From an uncultured archaeon (lineage in GTDB: Archaea > Asgardarchaeota > Thorarchaeia > Thorarchaeales > Thorarchaeaceae), in the NCBI GenBank assembly GCA_964648855.1, contig CAZYLT010000012.1:64337-96336 (forward strand): a DNA stretch of 32,000 nucleotides, in the 5' to 3' direction. Shown here one piece after another: positions 1-8,539 of this stretch. Both the position numbers and the translations under genes were made by a program. The notes under the pieces were generated by a model. That model was not told where the DNA came from and did no database searches. It saw only the letters and a list, made by a program, of their open reading frames with translations. Position 1 is the first letter of the stretch; every line of letters begins with the position of its first letter.

Positions 1-910
1 TGTCCCGACCACTTATCCTGACCCACTCGTACGGAACTTTGACCGGTCCATCCCAGTCAAATACGCGTCGAGAAACCTCCAGTCCTGTATCGTAAGAACC
101 CCCTTTCACCGAGTGGTCTTTTCCAGCAGGCTCACAACTAACGTCAAGGACATACCATTTCGCTGGCCAATCAACACGCCAAGTCAATTTGATTCGCACA
201 TCAGTGAGAGGGAGGGTAGATCTGTGACCACATCCAGGGCACTCGAAGGATACCATATCATTTTCTTCATCATAGTCTGTGACTCTGTTTGGTACTATCT
301 CACCTTTTGCCCCAGATTGAAATTTCCCGCATTCCGGGCAAATCACTGAGGCAGGATACCAAGATTCCATCGCACTGAGATACTGCTTCTTTTGTTCAGG
401 ATTGAAATCCTTTGCAACATACTCCTTCATTATCTCGCGAATGATTTCTGTTTTCTTCAAACATATACGAACTGCATCAAGCATTTCGTCAGTTCCATAC
501 AACTTGCTTGTCCATACAATCTCTGGGTCTATACCAAACTCCGGGAATGTTTCGATGAGTTCGTTCGCCCAATGGGCTCCAAAACTCTCACAACACCCAA
601 ATTCATCCGGGACATCAGAATAGGGGACTCCAGCCCATTCAGAGAGCGACAAACTAACTGATTGCGGAAGAGACCTGAGTGGATCATAATCATCAACTAC
701 AAACATTGAACGAGCTTCTTTTTCTAGGCGAAGGAGTTCTCGTTTAATTACATCTGCGATTATCAGTTCTCTCATTATACCGATATGGATGCTGCCACTT
801 GGGCTCTTCCCTGTAGAAATGAGATAATCGTCAAATCCCCGTTCTACTGTTTCTTGTACAACATCTTCTATCCAATGTATCGAGAATTCTTTATCTACTC
901 CTTCGGACAA
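1..910 (-). CDS. lysS: Class I lysyl-tRNA synthetase, N-terminal ~303 codons; runs off the window start and is absent from the ORF track
   Basis: Manual translation of parts of the minus strand: TTG at 910 with GAGGT upstream gives MSEGVDKEFSIHWIEDVV..., STGKSPSGSIHIGIMRELIIAD (HIGH region), KLTWRVDWPAKW, EPAGKDH and PYEWVRISGRD just before the expected KMSKS-like motif. Confidence 0.93.
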   Translation of the reverse strand, partial: MSEGVDKEFSIHWIEDVVQETVERGFDDYLISTGKSPSGSIHIGIMRELIIADVIKRELLRLEKEARSMFVVDDYDPLRSLPQSVSLSLSEWAGVPYSDVPDEFGCCESFGAHWANELIETFPEFGIDPEIVWTSKLYGTDEMLDAVRICLKKTEIIREIMKEYVAKDFNPEQKKQYLSAMESWYPASVICPECGKFQSGAKGEIVPNRVTDYDEENDMVSFECPGCGHRSTLPLTDVRIKLTWRVDWPAKWYVLDVSCEPAGKDHSVKGGSYDTGLEVSRRVFDWDGPVKVPYEWVRISGRD

Positions 911-960
911 GTTTCTTACCTCAAGAGCCCACCAGCTGAATTTCTAAAGAACGTTTCCAA

Positions 961-2811
961 TTACACTGCAAATTCGGAAATACGTAGGTCCTTTCTACTC
1001 ATAAAAATCAAGTAGACGGGAATGGCGGCAAGAACGATTACTCCCAGAAGTGCCAATAGTAGGAGCCCAGCTGTAAAAGGAAGATAGACGAGAGAGGGAA
1101 CGGAGGCCTCGGGAACCAAGAAGAATACACTGAATAGGACTGATACAAAGAGTGCAGGAATACCACTTTTCATTCCCATACTGAGTCCTTCAGCAATTAT
1201 TGTCTTTGCAATGAAACTTGGGGAGGCCCCCACTGATCGCATGACAACATAGTCCCTGAATCTGCTGAACACTGAAATCAGCATATAATACATCAATCCA
1301 AGAAAAGCGCTCACCAGTGCCATGATTGGAATAGGCTGCATCAGGCTCCAATACGACCCAATGATACCCTGATTGGCTTCGAGTATTTCTTGTTGTTCGT
1401 ATATCGAGAGTCCATATTCCTCAGCCAATAGACGGAGTTGAACTACTGTAGATTCCGTGTACCTGCTTAGTTGAACTAATACTAAGTTTACACCATTCAT
1501 ATCGAAAATATCCTGCATACGAGCAAGTGGTATTAGTGCCACTCTTCCACCGTTCAGAATTTCAAAAGCAATCCCATTTATCTCAAATGAGCTGCCTCTT
1601 ATTCCTACAGATTGTATCAACGGATCTTCAAATGAGTTGATTGCGATTTCACCACCAATCCAGGCAGATGTGGTTGTATTGACTTCAGTGCCCTCATAAT
1701 ACCAATCGGAGAGTGTGTTTTCCCAATCAATACCGACAACAAGGGCGTCAACTACTCTGTCTTCACCTATCCGTTCATATCTTTCTAGGGTTGGATTCCA
1801 TATTATAGCTGGATTCTCTGCAACCTCCGCAAACTGGACTAAGCGGCCTTCTATTCCATCTACAGCACTCATTTCGGATGCTTCCACTAAGAGCTCTTGG
1901 GGTATGAACTGCTGATTCCCTGTATAATTGAAGGGAGCACTAAGTTGATTCCCATCTAGCCGGTATGAATCATAGTACTGACTGAGGAGACCAGGATCAC
2001 CAATTGCCACAACGTTCTCACCCATAGACCTAGTAACATAGGAGTCCATTGTTGTTTCAACGATGCCTCCACCTATCAGCAATACGGATGCAAGTGAAAA
2101 GGACAAGAAGAGCGAGAGGATAGTTCGCCGGGTGCCTTGGATTCTTCTTCCGGTACCTTTTGTCGCGATTTTGAATGGGAGCCCAAAACTATCCATCAAA
2201 CCATACTTCTTCACTTTCATTCCCACATCAGGATTGAGAGCCCGGATAGGAGACTCGTGAACAGCATCATAGATTGGCTTTTGCGCTGCGAAATAGCCCA
2301 CAAATAGCAGAAGACCGGCTATCAGTAGAATCTGAACCCATGGGAAGACAAAGACAAATTCTAAACCGGGTACTGCAAAGGCTAACCAAATCAACCCCAA
2401 TAGGTATAGGAAACTCCCCAGAGCAACACCTAGAATGGTGCCAACACCTAAGATGATTACAGACTGCGCCATAAAATGGTCAAAAATGGTATCTATGAGA
2501 GTGCCAATGGATTTCATTAATCCAATATCCTTCCGACGACTCACAATTTCTAGGGAGATATTGCTAGAAACGACGGTCACACCGAGGGATATGATCAAGA
2601 TGAGAGCAGCCCAAATGAAAGTTTCAAAAAAGACTCCAAGGGCAGAGGCGAGCCCGATAGATGTGAGGGTTGATGTTACATCTAGCATGACATTTGAGAA
2701 TAGGAATAGGAATGTTGTTGCACCTACTACAGTCGCAATGGAAAGTAATACTACTGAGGTTCTGAAGGGGCGCCGCTTGAGGTCTTGTGAAGCATAGTCC
2801 TGTTCAGACAT
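961..2811 (-). CDS. FtsX/MacB-family ABC permease with two FtsX-type domains
   Basis: RRKDIGLMKSIG and RFRDYVVMRSVGAS motifs, multiple TM segments and a large extracytoplasmic domain. ATG 2811 overlaps the ATPase stop; the track start is 2829. Confidence 0.85.
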   Translation of the reverse strand: MSEQDYASQDLKRRPFRTSVVLLSIATVVGATTFLFLFSNVMLDVTSTLTSIGLASALGVFFETFIWAALILIISLGVTVVSSNISLEIVSRRKDIGLMKSIGTLIDTIFDHFMAQSVIILGVGTILGVALGSFLYLLGLIWLAFAVPGLEFVFVFPWVQILLIAGLLLFVGYFAAQKPIYDAVHESPIRALNPDVGMKVKKYGLMDSFGLPFKIATKGTGRRIQGTRRTILSLFLSFSLASVLLIGGGIVETTMDSYVTRSMGENVVAIGDPGLLSQYYDSYRLDGNQLSAPFNYTGNQQFIPQELLVEASEMSAVDGIEGRLVQFAEVAENPAIIWNPTLERYERIGEDRVVDALVVGIDWENTLSDWYYEGTEVNTTTSAWIGGEIAINSFEDPLIQSVGIRGSSFEINGIAFEILNGGRVALIPLARMQDIFDMNGVNLVLVQLSRYTESTVVQLRLLAEEYGLSIYEQQEILEANQGIIGSYWSLMQPIPIMALVSAFLGLMYYMLISVFSRFRDYVVMRSVGASPSFIAKTIIAEGLSMGMKSGIPALFVSVLFSVFFLVPEASVPSLVYLPFTAGLLLLALLGVIVLAAIPVYLIFMSRKDLRISEFAV

Positions 2812-3562
2812 TTTCACCAATAACCCCATTTTTCATTGTGAGTAGTCGAACTCGGTCTTGCTCAATGATATTGATATCGTGCGTCATGCACAGCACGGTC
2901 TTTCCAGACTCATTCAGCCAAAGCAGTACATCACGAATCATCTGTGCTGACTCAGCATCAAGATTGGCAGTGGGTTCATCAGCCAGAATGATAGGGGGAT
3001 CATTTGCCATAGCCCGCGCAATTGCCACTCTTTGTTGCTCGCCTGAACTTAACTGCCAAGGAAGATGGTCTGTTCTTTCACCAAGGCCAACTCTCCGCAG
3101 CAGTTTGTCCGCTTCTTCCTCTGCATCAAGCTCCATGTCATCAAACAGCTGCATGGGAAACATGACGTTTTCTAATGCAGTAAGGGTGGAAATCAGATTG
3201 TAGCTTTGAAAGATGAAGCCAGTATTTGTTAATCGGAAGAGAGCACGAAAGTGTTCATCATAGTCCCCGATTGGTACATCCATGACCAATACCCTGCCAG
3301 ATGTTGGATAATCAATCGCACCAATCAAATTTAGAAGTGTCGTTTTACCTGATCCAGATGGCCCTTCAACAACCACAAATTTGCCGGGGTTCACTTCGAG
3401 GTCGGTCTTCCTTACTGCAACGATTTCCCGGTTCCCCAAAGAATAGCTTCGAGTCACATCAACCAGCTTGATTGCATTCTTGACTTCTTCCGAGCCAAGA
3501 GATTCCATGAAGTCAAACTCGTCATCCATTGGTGCTAGGTCAACTGATGTGTCATCGTCCAA
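2804..3562 (-). CDS. ABC transporter ATP-binding protein, LolD/SalX type
   Basis: GPSGSGKTT Walker A, GFIFQSYNL, LSSGEQQRVAIARA signature, ILADEPTANLD Walker B, THD. Confidence 0.95.
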   Translation of the reverse strand: MDDDTSVDLAPMDDEFDFMESLGSEEVKNAIKLVDVTRSYSLGNREIVAVRKTDLEVNPGKFVVVEGPSGSGKTTLLNLIGAIDYPTSGRVLVMDVPIGDYDEHFRALFRLTNTGFIFQSYNLISTLTALENVMFPMQLFDDMELDAEEEADKLLRRVGLGERTDHLPWQLSSGEQQRVAIARAMANDPPIILADEPTANLDAESAQMIRDVLLWLNESGKTVLCMTHDINIIEQDRVRLLTMKNGVIGENV

Positions 3563-3689
3563 TTCTATTTCACCTATGTTTGCAGTGGGCTCAATTGAGG
3601 AAATTGACCAACGTGCTACTGTATTCCTTGTTATCAGACATAGGACTGCGTTATCGTTCTAAGATAAACATGGGGTTTAAGGAGTGAAG

Positions 3690-4442
3690 TCACACGAGTT
3701 CAAAGCTTGTAAGTGCCTGGTCAGCCCATTTGGTTAGGGCTAAGGGACGTTCACGGCCAAATACTCTGATAGTTCGAAGAACTCCTGATTCGACAAGACT
3801 GTTCGCATAATAGGATACCAGACTCTTATCGATGTCCAGGGTTCTACTCAAAACAGCCTGTGTGATGCGTCCTTCGGTTTTGACTTCAGAGAGTATTGAA
3901 CGAATTGTAGGATTTCTCGTCATGGAGGCAAGCATGAGAGTGTTTTCATCATCCGAATAATTTCGCATGAAGAAATGTCGTGAGTTGCCATTCCTGATAG
4001 ATATAACCTGACCATCAGCCTCCAAATTGTCTATATGATACTGAAGAGCACCCATAGCACAGTCTACTGACCGCTGTAGCTCTCTGAGATGGATTCCAGG
4101 ATTAGCCTCTATTTCGATAAGAATCCGGTCGCGAAGTGAAAGTTGTTCGTCTTCACTTCTTCGTTCCGAGGCGACTGTGCCGATTGCAAATGCGACAACA
4201 GTACTCACTGTGAGAGACCTAGTTAGAAAACTGGGAAAGAGAACGGATGTACCACTAGCCATAGGAATAGACAGCATCTGAACATCCAGTGAGCCAATAT
4301 CTGAATCATAGGAAAGAGGAATATCTTGAATAGCAGCGTCACCTACTACTGCATTAGAACTGATCAAAAAAATGCTGACTAGACCGGTCATCATTAAGGA
4401 TAGAGCTAATGCCATTAGTATTTTCTGACTGCGATCGCCCAT
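3690..4442 (-). CDS. Membrane-anchored or signal-bearing double winged-helix transcriptional regulator (COG3398-like)
   Basis: N-terminal hydrophobic segment(s), then NPGIHLRELQRSVDCAMGALQYHIDNL and ITQAVLSRTLDIDKSLVSYYANSL wHTH motifs. Confidence 0.75.
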   Translation of the reverse strand: MGDRSQKILMALALSLMMTGLVSIFLISSNAVVGDAAIQDIPLSYDSDIGSLDVQMLSIPMASGTSVLFPSFLTRSLTVSTVVAFAIGTVASERRSEDEQLSLRDRILIEIEANPGIHLRELQRSVDCAMGALQYHIDNLEADGQVISIRNGNSRHFFMRNYSDDENTLMLASMTRNPTIRSILSEVKTEGRITQAVLSRTLDIDKSLVSYYANSLVESGVLRTIRVFGRERPLALTKWADQALTSFELV

Positions 4443-4504
4443 CTTATGCCTATTCTAACATACTTCAATATATATTTAGGGCATTGGTATGTGCAATGTT
4501 CGTA

Positions 4505-5056
4505 CTATTCTCCTCTTGGCGGGTAACTCATCTTTATGTGAAATGAGCACAGCTCGTGTCCAGTTGCCATACATCTCTCTTCTACTACAGTAAGAGTTTC
4601 ATATTCTATTCTATTATAGTCGGTTAGATACTCTAGGACAGACTCAATAAAGCCGCGCAAAAAGTAGCAAGATGGATCTTCGCTTTCATATCCTGAGGCG
4701 TACGGATTATCACGAATCTCGATTATTGCTTCTTCATCCAACCAAAGCTTGTAAAGCTTGGCAATTTTGATGTCGCCGAACGGCACTATTAGAGTTTCCA
4801 GAGCCATTCTTATGAACTCAACAATACCCTTGAAATCTCCAGGAGGTTTTTGGTCCCCAATTTTGAAGTATTCTCGCTGTGCTTCAAGTCCTGCAAGACG
4901 TCCTGCAGAGTAATACAAGTCTCGCACTCTATCGGGAAACATAACTCCTATGCGATTTCCGATTTTGGTCCATGTCTTTCCAAAAAAGGCACGCATTAGC
5001 TCCTGCTCTTTTAGTCGACCTTTCCACCATTCAATGACTTCATCCTGATTAGACAT
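4505..5056 (-). CDS. V4R-domain protein
   Basis: LYYSAGRLAG, DNPYA, SCYFLRGFIESVL and EERCMATGHELCSF give the classical V4R C/E/C/C metal-site pattern. Confidence 0.85.
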   Translation of the reverse strand: MSNQDEVIEWWKGRLKEQELMRAFFGKTWTKIGNRIGVMFPDRVRDLYYSAGRLAGLEAQREYFKIGDQKPPGDFKGIVEFIRMALETLIVPFGDIKIAKLYKLWLDEEAIIEIRDNPYASGYESEDPSCYFLRGFIESVLEYLTDYNRIEYETLTVVEERCMATGHELCSFHIKMSYPPRGE

Positions 5057-5128
5057 CTTGGTCTCTCCAGTCTAGCTCTCAAAGGAGTGGTAGGTTAAGT
5101 GCTTTATGTTGATAAATTAAAATCCAAT

Positions 5129-5602
5129 CTATCCTAGCCGGACATTCCAAACGCAAACTTCTGCACCGGTAGCACGACTCATTTCTTGAAAGACCTTCAC
5201 GTCAACTCCCTTAAAGTCCAGAATAGATTCCAATATGCCACTAAAAATCTCGCAGTATCCAAATCCGCGCATTCCCTCGAGGTTCACTTCTTGGCACCAG
5301 ACGCACTCTTCGTCTGTCACACGGATTGATCCTCGTGCGGAGTCCATATCCAAGTCGTCAGGCTTCTTATCATATAGGACTTTGAAAACGGATTCAATGA
5401 GTTTGGATACGTCTTCTCGAGTGGTTATCGTGTCTTTGGTTTTATCAGCAATCTCGGTATTTAGGTATAGATTTGTACCCAACCCACGACCGATATCACG
5501 AAGCCTTTCATTTGCAGCCTCGATATTACTGGTCTCCTCCATCACACCATCTACTATCCAACCATATATACTAAGCAACAATGGATTCTCGATATCGCCC
5601 AT
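5129..5602 (-). CDS. TRAPP Bet3-like/V4R-fold protein (copy 2)
   Basis: NERLRDIGRGLGTNL, ECVWCQ, YCEIFSGILESIL and ATGAEVCVW; collinear with 8018..8524. Confidence 0.75.
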   Translation of the reverse strand: MGDIENPLLLSIYGWIVDGVMEETSNIEAANERLRDIGRGLGTNLYLNTEIADKTKDTITTREDVSKLIESVFKVLYDKKPDDLDMDSARGSIRVTDEECVWCQEVNLEGMRGFGYCEIFSGILESILDFKGVDVKVFQEMSRATGAEVCVWNVRLG

Positions 5603-5627
5603 TAGGATGAAACCTCACTTATGACTA

Positions 5628-6614
5628 CTATACAGTTTTGCCAATCATACTAACATTCTTTCGGTATTTAGCTAGCACATTGATGACCATCTGCTTCTGA
5701 ACCCCAGCAGCTTCTGCAACTTCTGCAGTAGTTCTAGTACCATCACAGAATTTTAGGATATCTTCGTCTGCGTCCATCGCCTTCGAAAGATCGCCCTCAA
5801 ATTTCGGACATTTTACGAATTGACCCATGGTGCCTGCCTTGGCGCCCTTGCCGTCTTCTGCTTCAATGGCTGGAACATCAACAATATTCCTCGATGCTGC
5901 CCATTTAATGCACTCTATAACTCGCTCTGTAGGTTGAAACATCGAGTCTGCAACTTGAGCAACACTCACGTTGCCATCAACCAGCATCAAGACATCAAAC
6001 CCGAAGTTCCGATATGTCTTTTTCATCTCGGATGATAATTCAGAGTCTAGTGACAAGGTAGTGGCATATGCAGCTCCCCGTTTAGGAATCGTGGTCGGGA
6101 TAACCTTGAAGTCATCAGGAGACCTTTCTTCAGGGGGAGCCTCCTCTGATTCTACTTCTGGTTCCGCTTCAGCAGTGACCAGTACTTCAGCAGCGGGTTC
6201 TTCTGCAGCTGTAGAGGCTGCTTGAATACCTATACTCTCTAGTACCTGTAGATTACCTTCAGCAGACTCCTCGAATTCATCCGGAGGAGGTGGAAGTTCT
6301 ATTCCCTCTAGCATTCTAAGTACATTCTTGGTCTTTGCTATAGCCAATCCAAGCTGCAGCTCAGGCACATACAGAACAGTCAGAATCCAGTGCTCATCTA
6401 CAGGGGATAATACAACGAGGCCTTTCTCGGTATCAATAGTCATGAGTCTTAAATCAGACTTGTATAGCGAGATGCTATCTTTGACTCTTGGAAAGAGCTC
6501 GTCGGGGAATGAAAAACTAACGAAGGGTCGACCTCCGCTTGTCATCAATGAGTATCCCAGCACTTGGTCATCAAATCGGAGTTTTGAGAGTGCTCTTTCT
6601 AAATCGGTGGACAT
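5628..6614 (-). CDS. Roadblock/LC7-like domain + acidic Pro-rich linker + two wHTH repeats (copy 2)
   Basis: LERALSKLRFDDQVLGYSLMTSGG...WILTVL...LGLAIAKTKNV roadblock pattern; VDGNVSVAQVAD and CDGTRTTAEVAE repeats; paralog of 8540..9466. Confidence 0.65.
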   Translation of the reverse strand: MSTDLERALSKLRFDDQVLGYSLMTSGGRPFVSFSFPDELFPRVKDSISLYKSDLRLMTIDTEKGLVVLSPVDEHWILTVLYVPELQLGLAIAKTKNVLRMLEGIELPPPPDEFEESAEGNLQVLESIGIQAASTAAEEPAAEVLVTAEAEPEVESEEAPPEERSPDDFKVIPTTIPKRGAAYATTLSLDSELSSEMKKTYRNFGFDVLMLVDGNVSVAQVADSMFQPTERVIECIKWAASRNIVDVPAIEAEDGKGAKAGTMGQFVKCPKFEGDLSKAMDADEDILKFCDGTRTTAEVAEAAGVQKQMVINVLAKYRKNVSMIGKTV

Positions 6615-6839
6615 GATTGTATTCCTCGAATCCTCTGGTTGTGGTCTAAAGCTGCGCTTCCGATTCTTCCTTCCCGAGTATAGTGAAAAGGGTTGCGGTA
6701 ATGAATCACAGGTCCATGACGAGCGATTGCATGATTATCGTGAGAATGAGGAAGAAGATACATTTCAGTGGTCGTAGTGGCGATGGCAACAACATTAAGA
6801 GGCATTCTCATAACTACCAGCTGGTAGAGGTCAGAGAAA

Positions 6840-7433
6840 ATGCGAAATTTTGCAGGAGGTTTTGTCGGGTCAATTTTGGCTATGGCATTGGCTTATTTCT
6901 TGATAGACAACACATCAATCGCCTATCCTGAGAATGTAGAGCTGGTAGGCTTCCTGCTCACAGGCTCAGTCATACTCTCGGGGTCTCTAGAGAGCATTAT
7001 TTCGCTCAATTCCATATTGGAACTCATAGTATTGTGGGGACTAGTCGGTCTAATAGTTGCACCGTTCGGGGTTAGCGAATGGAACTTGCTTAGAACCGCG
7101 GTTTGGATGGGCGGAATAATAGCAACGTTCGCTCTCTCATCCACATTATCAGTAAATCCCGGTTTTTGGGTCCAAAACGATCGAAACCTGCTCCTAGCCA
7201 TTCTCTATGCGAAAACAATCATTGCTTCTCTAATCTCAGTTCCATTCTCATTTTTGGTCTTCAATGCAAAGAAGCGGTGGCTGAGAAAAGGACCGGAACC
7301 GGTACCTGAAAAGATAGAAACAGTCTGTGAGTGCGGGGCAATCTACAAGTCAAATCCTCTTATTTGTGTAGAGTGTGGCCGACAGCTTCGAGGGCAGACA
7401 GAAGAAAAATCGGGTGAATTATCTGGGTCGTGA
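6840..7433 (+). CDS. Multi-pass membrane protein with C-terminal zinc ribbon
   Basis: 4-5 hydrophobic segments, then CECG-x7-ICVECG. Confidence 0.75.
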   Translation: MRNFAGGFVGSILAMALAYFLIDNTSIAYPENVELVGFLLTGSVILSGSLESIISLNSILELIVLWGLVGLIVAPFGVSEWNLLRTAVWMGGIIATFALSSTLSVNPGFWVQNDRNLLLAILYAKTIIASLISVPFSFLVFNAKKRWLRKGPEPVPEKIETVCECGAIYKSNPLICVECGRQLRGQTEEKSGELSGS

Positions 7434-7934
7434 GATTCCACCGCCCAAAAGGCCACCCACAACACTGGCAATTGCTGGATAAAGAGCACCCTCTAGCACA
7501 ACTTGCAATATCAGCATTGATTGACCGCCGATTATTGCGGCGTAGTCAGTGGTTTGCACCAAAAAAATCAACAGCCAACTCAGAAAAGCCCCAATAATCA
7601 CCGCAAATAGAGCAGCAAATATACCCTGAACAATGTCACGGGAAAGAAGACCAGCAATAAGGCCACCAGTCCCCCAAACCAAGAACGTTAGAACTTGGCT
7701 GCCTGTTGCTCCGTATCCAATGTACATCCCGATGTTTACACCACTCAGTGTTGTTGGATAAAGAACTGTGGAGATAATAACCAGTTTGAGTTCGAGGTCA
7801 CTTCTATCCAAGAAGTCGCTTATGATTGTGGGATCAATTACTTCTGGCGGAATAGCAATACCGATGGTTAAAATAACGAAAGTCAAAGCAAAAGCAACCA
7901 CCAATCCTGCCAGTGTGCCGATTCCTTGACCCAA
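7419..7934 (-). CDS. Gly-rich multi-pass membrane protein
   Basis: About 4-5 TM segments with GxxxG motifs (GTGGLIAG, VGGLLGGG); GGAGG upstream of the start. Confidence 0.8.
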   Translation of the reverse strand: MGQGIGTLAGLVVAFALTFVILTIGIAIPPEVIDPTIISDFLDRSDLELKLVIISTVLYPTTLSGVNIGMYIGYGATGSQVLTFLVWGTGGLIAGLLSRDIVQGIFAALFAVIIGAFLSWLLIFLVQTTDYAAIIGGQSMLILQVVLEGALYPAIASVVGGLLGGGISRPR

Positions 7935-8017
7935 TCTATGTCCTCCATATCAAACTGATATTACAATTCGAATGTAGTGTTTTAAGCATATTCAAGAGCG
8001 ATTTCTATCTGGATACT

Positions 8018-8524
8018 CTAATCCAATTTTCTTAGGGTCCATGTGCAAACATCGTCACCCAATGCTTTACAGGACTCCTGAAATGAGTCAGCATTAAAGC
8101 CGCGCAATTTCATGACTGCATCGAATACTCCACTGACTAGATTGCAGTATTGTAGCCCTGGCATATCAGTAATCTGAACACCTTCACATATTGGACAATT
8201 GGCATCTGTAAACTTGATAGTCCTCTCGTCATCACTGATCCAAACGCCCGTGAAGTCTTGTCCAGAATTAACTTTGTAAGCCAACTGAAGCGTGTTGGAG
8301 AATTCTGCAAAACTAGCCGCATGATCTTTGATTCTATCAGCGTAGTCCATCAAGAGAGTTTCACCCACCTTGAATCCAACATCCTTCATTTTCCTGTTTA
8401 TCTCGTCCACACTCTCACTTGTTGTCATCAGCATATTCTGCAGCTCTCGATAAGTAGCTTGAAATAGTGTTTTTGATACTTTGTCAATTTTGAGAGCCCA
8501 AGCGAGTTTTCCTTTGATACCCAT
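8018..8524 (-). CDS. TRAPPC3/Bet3-like protein (copy 1)
   Basis: KVSKTLFQATYREL, EINRKMKDVGFKVGETLLMDY and LQYCNLVSGV resemble the recalled Bet3 motifs (ELFTLTYGAL, VNKQLDKMGFNIGVRLIEDF, LIYSNLLCGV); also CPIC and ESC...VC cysteines. Confidence 0.8.
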   Translation of the reverse strand: MGIKGKLAWALKIDKVSKTLFQATYRELQNMLMTTSESVDEINRKMKDVGFKVGETLLMDYADRIKDHAASFAEFSNTLQLAYKVNSGQDFTGVWISDDERTIKFTDANCPICEGVQITDMPGLQYCNLVSGVFDAVMKLRGFNADSFQESCKALGDDVCTWTLRKLD

Positions 8525-8539
8525 AGTATTACCTTCATT

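Noticed and set aside
113-1015. Four short plus-strand ORFs
   Set aside because: They are antisense shadows of lysS, which occupies the minus strand.
6599-6931. Short ORFs in the divergent spacer of the TRAPP-like cluster
   Set aside because: They overlap neighbouring genes and show no motifs; more likely promoter DNA.
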